Shown: piece after piece, positions 55,773-63,953 of the stretch
Layout: each line of letters opens with the position of its first letter
How positions within the stretch are numbered: the first letter of the stretch is position 1
Source of the DNA: a virus
Lineage: Duplodnaviria > Caudoviricetes
Length of the DNA stretch: 64,000 nucleotides
IMG/VR virus record: IMGVR_UViG_3300020576_006930
Coordinates: 1 to 64,000 of that record
Strand: one strand, 5' to 3'
Translations under genes and position numbers: made by a program
Notes under the pieces: generated by a model
Told to the model about the DNA's origin: nothing
Seen by the model: only the letters and a program-made list of their open reading frames with translations
The model's database searches: none

Positions 55773-56678
55773 ATGAAAATGGGAGTCGTAAAATGTAGTC
55801 GGTGTCGTAAAGAATTCGAAAAACCCCAATCTGAGATTAAGAGAATGGTAAAAAGAAAATGGGTAAACCATTTTTGTGGTACCAAATGTCTTTCTGAATT
55901 CGGCGTGGTGTTTCGGAAGAAACTTTCCGATGAAAGAATAAAATCGTATTATCTTTCTCCTAAGAAATGTCCAAATTGTGATTCAGTCATTCCACACGAA
56001 GACAAATCACAAAAAACATATTGTTCATCAAAATGTTTCGGTATCCATTCTCAAAAAAACGGTGGCCATTGTCATTGGTCAGATGAAGATAAAGAACGCT
56101 TACGGCAACAAGCCAAAAACAATCCCAAATTTGTTCCGGGGTGGAATAGAGGGAAACGGTATGCTCCAACAATTACATTAAAATGTAGAAATTGTGGGGG
56201 TGATTTTATACAAACAATTTCCAAAATAAATTCTAATAAAACGCAAACTTGCGGAAAAGAATGTAGAAGAAAATTACAATCTATCAATTTACTTAACCAG
56301 TACAAAAATGGGAAGAAAGTATATGGCGGAACAACCAAGTGGTTAAAATACAAAGATATAAAAGTTCAGGGCTCATATGAATATAGAACTTGTCAAATCT
56401 TAGACCGTTGGCAACAGGTCAATAAAATTAAAAAATGGGAATATACAAACGATAGATTTGAGTATATAGGAACTGACGGGAATAACCACAATTACTTGAT
56501 GGATTTCAAGATATGGAATAACGATGGTTCTTTTTATTATCTAGAAACTAAAGGATATGAAAAAGAAAATGATAGGTTGAAATGGAAATCTGTCGTGGAT
56601 GCCGGATACAAATTGGATGTGTGGTTTGATCCTGATATTAGACAGAGAGAAAAAGAATTTATGGAGGTTGTAGCATAA
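55773..56678 (+). CDS. Zinc-finger repeat protein with a C-terminal PD-(D/E)xK nuclease domain (homing endonuclease-like)
   Basis: Three CxxC...CxxxC modules; GSYE...YLMDF...YLETKG; stop codon inside tRNA-His. Confidence 0.75.
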   Translation: MKMGVVKCSRCRKEFEKPQSEIKRMVKRKWVNHFCGTKCLSEFGVVFRKKLSDERIKSYYLSPKKCPNCDSVIPHEDKSQKTYCSSKCFGIHSQKNGGHCHWSDEDKERLRQQAKNNPKFVPGWNRGKRYAPTITLKCRNCGGDFIQTISKINSNKTQTCGKECRRKLQSINLLNQYKNGKKVYGGTTKWLKYKDIKVQGSYEYRTCQILDRWQQVNKIKKWEYTNDRFEYIGTDGNNHNYLMDFKIWNNDGSFYYLETKGYEKENDRLKWKSVVDAGYKLDVWFDPDIRQREKEFMEVVA

Positions 56679-56741
56679 CTGGTTAATGTCCTAGGTTGTG
56701 AACCTAGTTTTATGCGGATTCGAATTCCGTCAACCTCCCCA
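56663..56741 (+). tRNA. tRNA-His (GTG) with G-1
   Basis: CTAGG-TTGTGAA-CCTAG; G-1:C73. Confidence 0.9.
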
Positions 56742-57052
56742 ATTTCAGCGGACTCAGTCGCATAGCTACGACTGGATACAACACAACTGAGCCACGACGC
56801 GGAGATGAAGCTCGAGCTTTAATAAGTCAATGTGATCGCAGTTGAAACCGCTGTCGTATTTCCAATGGAATGAGTATCTGATTAAAAACACAAGGAGAGA
56901 GATTGTTCCGCTGCAGCGGACAGACCTCCGTGAAATCCTCCCGAAGTTTAGGAGAAAGTTCCTTTTTAGTTTACGCCAGGTTAGGGATGGATTATTCCTC
57001 ACGGAAGTCTCAATTGACAAGCGAGCGTCCAGAAACCCACTGGCTGAAATTT

Positions 57053-57165
57053 TAGATGCGGACAGCAAGCAATCGATTATGTCAAACTCTTAGTGTGGGT
57101 TCGAATCCCATGTATGGTGTAATGGTAGCACAGGAGTCCCGCAAGGGAATCAAAAAACGCATCTA
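57053..57165 (+). ncRNA. ACAGCAA-scaffold RNA carrying a permuted tRNA elbow (T arm before D arm)
   Basis: TAGATGCG/CGCATCTA stem; GTGGG-TTCGAAT-CCCAT then TGGTGTAATGGTAGCAC, closed by ACTCT/GGAGT. Confidence 0.7.
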
Positions 57166-57351
57166 GTTTTTCGAGTAGTAATAATAGGAAGTGACCAATC
57201 GGTATCCGCCTCATGAATGTAACCCAGGACTGGTAGCCTGTCGTGCGAGCAAGTTAATCCCTCGCTGGTGAAAGGGTAGGACAAGTTGATACCGGCGTAT
57301 TATTATGAGCGGTAGTTGGGACCTGATAAGTTCACAAACCATTCGATTTAT

Positions 57352-57425
57352 GGCCCATTCGTCTATCAGCAGGACCACTCGTTTTCAGCGAGAAGAGGCC
57401 GGAGCGTCACCGGCATGGGCTACCA
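57352..57425 (+). tRNA. tRNA-Glu (TTC)
   Basis: CTCG-TTTTCAG-CGAG. Confidence 0.75.
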
Positions 57426-57779
57426 CTTTCGGCAGTCATAGGGAGTCATGACCTTAGAACACTCATGTTGTGTTATGCTCTGAAATAAAGTCACATTAAA
57501 AATTAAGATAAATACATGTATAATCAAAATAAGTAGATGTGATGGACACGTAAGAGAGACTGCGACCATTTCGGGTATGTCTTGGGAGAGTTATCGGGTT
57601 CAATTCCCGAATAGTCCACCATACGGGCTATGGGATGGTCCTGTCGCTAGCGACAAAAGCGGGTTCGATCCCCGTCATATCCATTGATTTGACCCGGAGA
57701 ATATCCGATAAATACGACACTTGGTTGGGTGCTATTCCAGAAGCTTAAAATACCCTTCAAAAGACGGGTCACCAATTTC

Positions 57780-57854
57780 GCAGTATTGATGCTAGTGGCA
57801 ACATGCGGCTTTCCCAAAGCTGATTCGTCAGTTCGATTCTGATATACTGCTCCA
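57780..57854 (+). tRNA. tRNA-Gly (CCC)
   Basis: CGGCT-TTCCCAA-AGCTG, U73. Confidence 0.85.
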
Positions 57855-58130
57855 TTTCGCCGGTTTGGTCTAACCACCTCTTAATCGGGGACGGACGGTT
57901 TGGAAAGACGGCCGGGTTAGCCCCGGACAACGTAGGTTCAAATCCTACAATCGGCTCGAATTTACGGGGTTACAAGGAAAGGTTCGGTAAACGAAAACTA
58001 GGCCCATTTCAACAAACGCAAGCTCCGGAATAATGTACAACCCTTGCCTGAGATGGATTGGTGGTGAACACCATTTAAGTAGACCGTTACTGATCAGCGG
58101 TTCGATTCCGCTTATCTCCACCATTTATAA

Positions 58131-58206
58131 CGGAGTGTCGCCTAGTGGTATGGCGCTTGTTTCGGGAACAAGAATAACGGGAGTTCGATTCTCCCCACTC
58201 CGACCA
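58131..58206 (+). tRNA. tRNA-Pro (CGG)
   Basis: CTTGT-TTCGGGA-ACAAG. Confidence 0.9.
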
Positions 58207-58212
58207 GTTTAT

Positions 58213-58289
58213 CGCCTGATCGTTTAAAAAACTAAGACACCGACCCTTGGGGTCGGAAATGCCAAGGTAAAGTCTGGCAAAGGCGACCA
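58213..58289 (+). tRNA. Degenerate Pro(TGG)- or Gln(TTG)-like tRNA
   Basis: C1:G72 and A73; CCGAC-CCTTGGG-GTCGG; poor T loop. Confidence 0.4.
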
Positions 58290-58446
58290 TTTATGCCATC
58301 CAGGATCGGGTGCAATTCCCTTTACACAGAGTACTCTAGCGTGAATCTGTGGGTGGCCCATTTTAACGGACTTGTCTTTTGATAAGGATGTAATGTAACC
58401 AGACACCAAATCGTGGGCCTGATAATCCCGTTCCGTTTTACTATTT

Positions 58447-58878
58447 ATGAATATGGAGTACAAATCGTTTTTCAATTATCTAAAAGAAGGTGTGGAAAAA
58501 TATCTCATTTGGCAGCCGACCGGAATTTTCCGGGCGATGGTTGATTATTTAGATACTTTAACCTCATCAAACAACGAGGTCTATCGGGGAGCCTCCGATA
58601 AGGAAATTTCTATATTGAAAAATACCAAAGTTTTTAAATCCAACGGCAAAGGTAATACCCGGGATAATGCCGGGACATATGTTTCCGCAGATATCCATTT
58701 AGCCGCCGCTTTTGCGCTGAGATATTACCGGGATGGCCACGGAGGTTCGGTGCTCGTTTTAGAAAAGAGCAAATTACCTGAATTAGTCGCCCGCGATCCT
58801 GGAAATTTTACCGTGGACCATGTTCCACTGGAAGCGGTAAAACGCATCATCAATTTAAAAGACTTTACCGGTCGATGA
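58447..58878 (+). CDS. Possible ADP-ribosyltransferase-fold protein
   Basis: VYRG...YVSAD...A..FA...VL pattern; weak. Confidence 0.4.
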   Translation: MNMEYKSFFNYLKEGVEKYLIWQPTGIFRAMVDYLDTLTSSNNEVYRGASDKEISILKNTKVFKSNGKGNTRDNAGTYVSADIHLAAAFALRYYRDGHGGSVLVLEKSKLPELVARDPGNFTVDHVPLEAVKRIINLKDFTGR

Positions 58879-59137
58879 AGGAAAGACAATACTGGCTGGG
58901 GTGAGATTCCCCTCATAAGGCCAATTATTGGAAAGAGAAGCACCTTCCAGGGTGTGATGGTACGACGGTACCGTAGTGAAATCCCTTCGTCAAATGTAAA
59001 AATGAGAGAGATAATAGATGGGAACCTGATGTGGTGTAATTGGCAGCACAGCCTTTAAAGGCAGGTTGAGGTTCAATTCCTCACGACTAGGCCATCTTAA
59101 TGAACATTCGTGAAATCCTCATCTAATTTTTTAGTTC

Positions 59138-59214
59138 GGGGTGGTAGCTTAATTGGTTAAAGCGGCAGCCTGTCACGTTGTAGACTGGGGGTTCGAGTCC
59201 CCTTCATCCCGCCA
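59138..59214 (+). tRNA. tRNA-Asp (GTC)
   Basis: GCAGC-CTGTCAC-GTTGT. Confidence 0.9.
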
Positions 59215-59545
59215 TTTTATGATTGAGTCCGGAGCCATCGTCCGCGGTGATGGCCGGAGAGTTCCAAACTGAACACTCAATCGCCACTTTAGTTACAAAG
59301 AGAAGATGGAGCTGGTAATAATTATTGTCATTATATTACCCCTCTCCGTGAAAGATGATTCCTGTGTAGAAAGCCAGGACAGATTGTAGTTGCACTGGTA
59401 AATGGTGCAATCGATTGGTTTGACAACCAAAGCAAAGAATACCTTGCATAAAGGTCGGAAACTATAACAACACCTAACTAATGTTGTAGGAGGTTCCCGT
59501 AAAGGTGCTTGTAATATAGCCTAGCAATCCTTTGTAACTTATTTT

Positions 59546-59682
59546 GCCATGCTAGTTCAATGTAGAACCCATCTCTTAAAAAGCCGATAGTCTCCCTGAA
59601 CGGAGAAGTTAGTGGGGTGTTTGCCCTGCGATGTAATTAGGCCAGATGAACTGCTAGTGCCAAGTCTAGCGCATGGCTCCCA
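59546..59682 (+). ncRNA. tRNA body with a ~60-nt insertion in the anticodon loop
   Basis: GCCATGC/GCATGGC acceptor, D arm, CATCT...AGATG stem, T arm. Confidence 0.6.
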
Positions 59683-59883
59683 TTTTGGACAACCCTGGCC
59701 TTTGACGCCGGGGGCTGATGAAGGACGAGTCTCTCCGATTGAATATCGCAGGTGTTAGACCACTTAGATATTCGTTTCAGTGTCCGATCTTTTTTCCAAA
59801 TTTTTTATTGATTAGTTTAAAGTATATAACTCAATTCATACTTGAACTATTACGATAATCCTAATCAATTGATTTAACAAATT

Positions 59884-60732
59884 ATGTATAAAACCAACCG
59901 TGCCTTTACGCTCATCGAACTTTTAGTCGTCATTGCCATAATAGGCATCCTGGCGGTCATGCTGCTGCCCACCTTGACCAGGAGCAAGAATACCGCTAAT
60001 GGTATAATCTGTATGAATAATGGGCGCCAACTTTCTCTGGGTTGGTTAATGTATGCACACGATAACAACGAACGAATTGTCTATGCGAGTGATGATGGTC
60101 TGGGTCCAGTTAATCCACTAAATCAATTTGCCTGGACACAGAGTCATATGGATTATGACCCAAACAACCAAGCAAACTGGGATATCACCATTGATATTAT
60201 GGTCGGCCCCCTGTGGAGTTACAATCGTAACGCTAAAATTTACAAATGTCCTGGAGATAAATCCGTCGTCTTGGTAGATGGGGTAGAAAAGCCACGTGTA
60301 CGTAGCATCTGTATGAATTTGTATATGGGAGGTTATGCTGGAACCGACGGTGGATCGTGGTATGTCCGGCAAAACTATGTTTATTTGAAAACCACCGATT
60401 TAAATCTACGCACCTCCCCCGGCCCAGCTAAAACCTTTTTGTTTTTGGATCAGCGTGAAGATACAATCAACTGGGGAAATTTTCAAGTTCATATGATTGG
60501 TTACATTAACCATAATGGTAGTATGTATGGTTTTTATCAAGATATGCCTGGAATGTATCATAATAACGCAGCCGGGATAAGTTTTGCGGATGGGCACTCG
60601 GAAATTCACAAATGGAAAGATCCCCGGACGACGCCGCCCATTCAGAAAAACATCGCCGTAATTGGATATGTGGAATCCCAATATAACAAAGATGTTGAGT
60701 GGCTACAAGAACGAGCCACTAGGCCAAAATAA
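59884..60732 (+). CDS. Prepilin-type N-terminal methylation domain protein with H-X9-DG C-terminal motif (PVC type)
   Basis: RAFTLIELLVVIAIIGILAVMLLPTL; YKCPGD; YHNNAAGISFADGHSE. Confidence 0.9.
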   Translation: MYKTNRAFTLIELLVVIAIIGILAVMLLPTLTRSKNTANGIICMNNGRQLSLGWLMYAHDNNERIVYASDDGLGPVNPLNQFAWTQSHMDYDPNNQANWDITIDIMVGPLWSYNRNAKIYKCPGDKSVVLVDGVEKPRVRSICMNLYMGGYAGTDGGSWYVRQNYVYLKTTDLNLRTSPGPAKTFLFLDQREDTINWGNFQVHMIGYINHNGSMYGFYQDMPGMYHNNAAGISFADGHSEIHKWKDPRTTPPIQKNIAVIGYVESQYNKDVEWLQERATRPK

Positions 60733-60738
60733 TTTTAT

Positions 60739-60894
60739 GCTCGTGAGTAAGGAACTACCCGTTGAACTCCCAGATCGTGCCCAAGCTAAGATCTTCGAAT
60801 CTGGTGGTGGACTGCTGCTAATCCCAGTGAAGTTACCATTTTGGAGGAATGCCTCATGCACGGATTGTCAGTTCGATTCTGACTGCGAGCTCCA
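60739..60894 (+). ncRNA. Enlarged tRNA-like RNA (156 nt)
   Basis: GCTCGTG/TGCGAGC-T-CCA; GTCAG-TTCGATT-CTGAC. Confidence 0.65.
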
Positions 60895-61052
60895 TTTCTT
60901 TTATATTTATATAAAGTCAAGAGAATAATTTATGGAAAGTGAAATGACAGGATCATTAACAAAACCGAAGCGTGAAATACCGTGGTATGATCCAGAGTGG
61001 TATCAGGAATGGCTTCGGCAACAAAGACAAAAAAACATTTCCATCAATCAAA

Positions 61053-61130
61053 CAGAATGTAGTGTAGCTTGGCCAACACGCTAGTCTGGGGGACTAGAAA
61101 CCGGGAGTTCAAATCTCCCCATTCTGACCA
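61053..61130 (+). tRNA. tRNA-Pro (GGG)
   Basis: CTAGT-CTGGGGG-ACTAG. Confidence 0.9.
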
Positions 61131-61354
61131 TTTTATGAAGCAGAAAACACATAAGAAAAACCGGTTCCATCTAGTCGCTTTTTTAAAAGATATTGTCCGG
61201 CAGCCCATTGTAAAAAAAGCCTTGGGTTATCTTGTGGTCGCGTTGATCGGCTATGTTGTCAATCACATCCAGACCGATTCGACTATTAATAAGTTAAAAA
61301 CGGATAATACCGATTTAACATGGGCAGTGGACTATTTTCGTAAGTAACATTTAC

Positions 61355-61429
61355 GGACCTATGGTGAAATGAATATCACTGGGATTTCCTAAATCTCTAT
61401 TTCCGGTTTGACTCCGGATAGGTCTACCA
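61355..61429 (+). tRNA. tRNA-Arg (CCT)
   Basis: GGGAT-TTCCTAA-ATCTC. Confidence 0.85.
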
Positions 61430-61480
61430 ATTTACCATTGACTTTATGTCGTGGTTCATATATACTTATTTGTTGAATAT

Positions 61481-61568
61481 GGAAGGTTGTCAGAGTGGTA
61501 ATGAGACGGTCTTGAAAATCGTAGCCAGGGTAAAACCTGCGGGGGTTCGATCCCCTCACCTTCCGCCA
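61481..61568 (+). tRNA. tRNA-Ser (TGA)
   Basis: ACGGT-CTTGAAA-ATCGT, long variable arm, G73. Confidence 0.9.
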
Positions 61569-61625
61569 ATACACGGTTCGAATATTATTTTTAATTTTTT
61601 TCGAACCCCTCTTATACTTATTGAC

Positions 61626-62129
61626 ATGAAAGAAAACATTTTAAAGTTAAGAGCGGATGGCAAATCTTACAACGAAATACGAAAAATATTGGGATGTTCA
61701 AAAGGAACGATAGCATATCATTGTGGATTTGGTCAAAAAGAAAAATTAAAAAGTAGAGTTAAAAACTATAAAAAAACTCTTCCGGGAATTTTAAAGAGAA
61801 AAAAGGATAATTTTTCTTTTTCAAATGGAAAGAGAGTTGGGAGAGGGAGACGAGTACATCTGGCATTCTCTCTTAGAGATTTTGTAAAAAAATTACAACT
61901 CAACTCTAAATGTTATTTAACCGGAAGAAAAATTGATTTATATCAACCAAAAACATATCAATGTGACCATATTATTCCTGTCAGCAAGGGGGGAAAATCT
62001 ACATTAGATAATCTGGGATTGGTGTGTAGAGACGCAAATATGTCTAAATCTGATATGACGGTTGATGAATTTTTTTCTTTATGTAAAGAAATTTTGACCA
62101 ACAATGGATTCAAGGTTGAAAAAATTTAA
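61626..62129 (+). CDS. HNH endonuclease with N-terminal HTH
   Basis: G.SYNEI...LGCSKGTIAYH; CYLTG...DHIIPVSKGG.STLDNLGL. Confidence 0.85.
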   Translation: MKENILKLRADGKSYNEIRKILGCSKGTIAYHCGFGQKEKLKSRVKNYKKTLPGILKRKKDNFSFSNGKRVGRGRRVHLAFSLRDFVKKLQLNSKCYLTGRKIDLYQPKTYQCDHIIPVSKGGKSTLDNLGLVCRDANMSKSDMTVDEFFSLCKEILTNNGFKVEKI

Positions 62130-62135
62130 TAGTTT

Positions 62136-62223
62136 GGAGGGTTGCTAGAGCGGTAATAGGATGGCTTGCTAAGCCATAGCCTGGGTAAAACCAGCACAGG
62201 TTCGATTCCTGTACCCTCCGCCA
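62136..62223 (+). tRNA. tRNA-Ser (GCT)
   Basis: ATGGC-TTGCTAA-GCCAT, long variable arm. Confidence 0.9.
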
Positions 62224-62231
62224 CTTTATAA

Positions 62232-62305
62232 GGTCGCTTAGTTTATCGGCAGAATAATTCATTCACACTGAATAGAGAATGGTTCAATTCCATTAGTGAC
62301 CACCA
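62232..62305 (+). tRNA. tRNA-Val (CAC)
   Basis: ATTCA-TTCACAC-TGAAT. Confidence 0.85.
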
Positions 62306-62307
62306 AT

Positions 62308-62381
62308 GGGTGATTAGTATAAAAGAAAAACAATTCACTGACACTGAATAGTCGATGGAGCGTTACCATCATCGCCCACCA
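62308..62381 (+). tRNA. tRNA-Val (GAC)
   Basis: ATTCA-CTGACAC-TGAAT. Confidence 0.75.
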
Positions 62382-62835
62382 ATTTTAAAAAAGTTATGAA
62401 ACCAAACAAAAAAGTTATGAAACGTTACTTGGGTACGGAAGAGATCAATGCCCAGTGTTATCCTTTTGATAAATCCAAAAATCTACGACTTCTTTCTCAC
62501 GACGAATTAAAGCGTTGTAAGAAGGGAGTCGTTTTGTTTTCGGTAGGCGGTAAAAAGATTGTCGTTGGAACGGATGTTATAGACACCGACACTACGGTTT
62601 TCGGCAAATCCAAATATGGTCAGTAAAATCAAGACACGTTACAAATATGTAATTGCGTTTGCTTCCGGAATTTTAACCGGAGGATCGACTTTATTTTTCT
62701 GTTATTATTACCAATTCATTAACTATCCCGCAGTCGCTTTTGTCCATTGGCCAAATCTCATCGCCTTGGGAGTGGTGTGTTTGTTTATTTGGAGCATAAT
62801 ATTTTTATACAATCGCACGAAGATCGTCAAATCTT

Positions 62836-63567
62836 ATGAAAACCATAACTATCGCTTCCATTGCCGGCAACAAGATAAATGAACATGCGGAGGCGATTTT
62901 AAAGACCGCTTCGAAAATTCCCCACCCCTGTCAAATGCTTTTGTTTTCGCCTCAGAGGCCAACAATTGACATGCCGTGGGTGTTTATTCCTGACTGGGGA
63001 ACGGATCGTCAATTATTTTTTGAAGAAATTGGATTGTTTACTCTTTACAAGTTACCCAATTATATTCACACGGATGTTTGTATTATTGTTCAAGCGGACG
63101 GTTATGGGGTGAACAAAACTGCTTGGTCGGATGAATTTTTGGATTGGGACTATATCGGAGCACCCTGGCCATTATGGGAAACCTTGTCTTTGAAAGGCAA
63201 TCCTTTGCGCCGGGTTGGTAGTGGGGGTTTTAATCTGCGCACTAAAAAATTTTTGAACACCTCACTAACTTCTCCGAAACCAGCCATTGGGGTTGGTGAA
63301 GACATATCAACCCCACGCATCCAGTATAAACATTTCGAATCCTGTGGTTGTCGTTTTGCTCCTGTCCCCGTCGCGTTAAAGTGGTGTATGGAACATAAAT
63401 TGGAAGATTATCCCCGTTGGAAGCCAGAAAACAGCTTCGGGCAACACGGATTTTATCACGGCGTGCCAATGGCGGAAGTATCACCTTTAAAAGCATTTTA
63501 CTTCGCATGTCGCAAATCCCTAAAACAGGGCCGTCTAAAACGTTTCAATCCTCTAAAAAAGATATGA
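62836..63567 (+). CDS. DUF5672-like glycosyltransferase-related protein
   Basis: QADGY..N...W.DEFL.WDYIGAPW...VG.GGFNLR.KKFL...ED. Confidence 0.75.
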   Translation: MKTITIASIAGNKINEHAEAILKTASKIPHPCQMLLFSPQRPTIDMPWVFIPDWGTDRQLFFEEIGLFTLYKLPNYIHTDVCIIVQADGYGVNKTAWSDEFLDWDYIGAPWPLWETLSLKGNPLRRVGSGGFNLRTKKFLNTSLTSPKPAIGVGEDISTPRIQYKHFESCGCRFAPVPVALKWCMEHKLEDYPRWKPENSFGQHGFYHGVPMAEVSPLKAFYFACRKSLKQGRLKRFNPLKKI

Positions 63568-63953
63568 CCAACACCAATAAACTTTCAATAATCAATGTCA
63601 TTTTAACCTGGACGACACTAATATTAGTATTCATAATGCTCATTGCTCAGGCTACAGCTATTCAACACGAAAGAACCATAAACAACCAATTGTCCAAACG
63701 GTTGTCAGAATTGGAAACGAATCAGTTAGCTATTGTCATTACCTGGGAAAAACTTTCCAAGGAAAACGATCAATTTAACAAGCTATTTATTGAAAAAGTG
63801 AAGCAAGCGGATGATATTCTTGACAAAAAAATCTCTCAATTACAGGAATTCGATTTCGTTGTGGTTGAACGACTTAAAGCGGTTTCTGAAGCGCAAAACG
63901 CGGTGATAAAAACAATAATCGGGCTATCAATCACAAATAGTGTTGACAAATGA
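63564..63953 (+). CDS. Membrane-anchored coiled-coil protein
   Basis: N-terminal transmembrane helix then heptad-like sequence; ATGA overlap at 63564. Confidence 0.6.
   Translation: MTNTNKLSIINVILTWTTLILVFIMLIAQATAIQHERTINNQLSKRLSELETNQLAIVITWEKLSKENDQFNKLFIEKVKQADDILDKKISQLQEFDFVVVERLKAVSEAQNAVIKTIIGLSITNSVDK

Noticed and set aside
59546-59682. Group I intron in a tRNA
   Set aside because: The ~60-nt insert is far too short and no P/Q/R/S core is recognisable.
59690-59790. Hammerhead ribozyme (CTGATGA)
   Set aside because: No correctly placed GAAA and stem II follow the motif.
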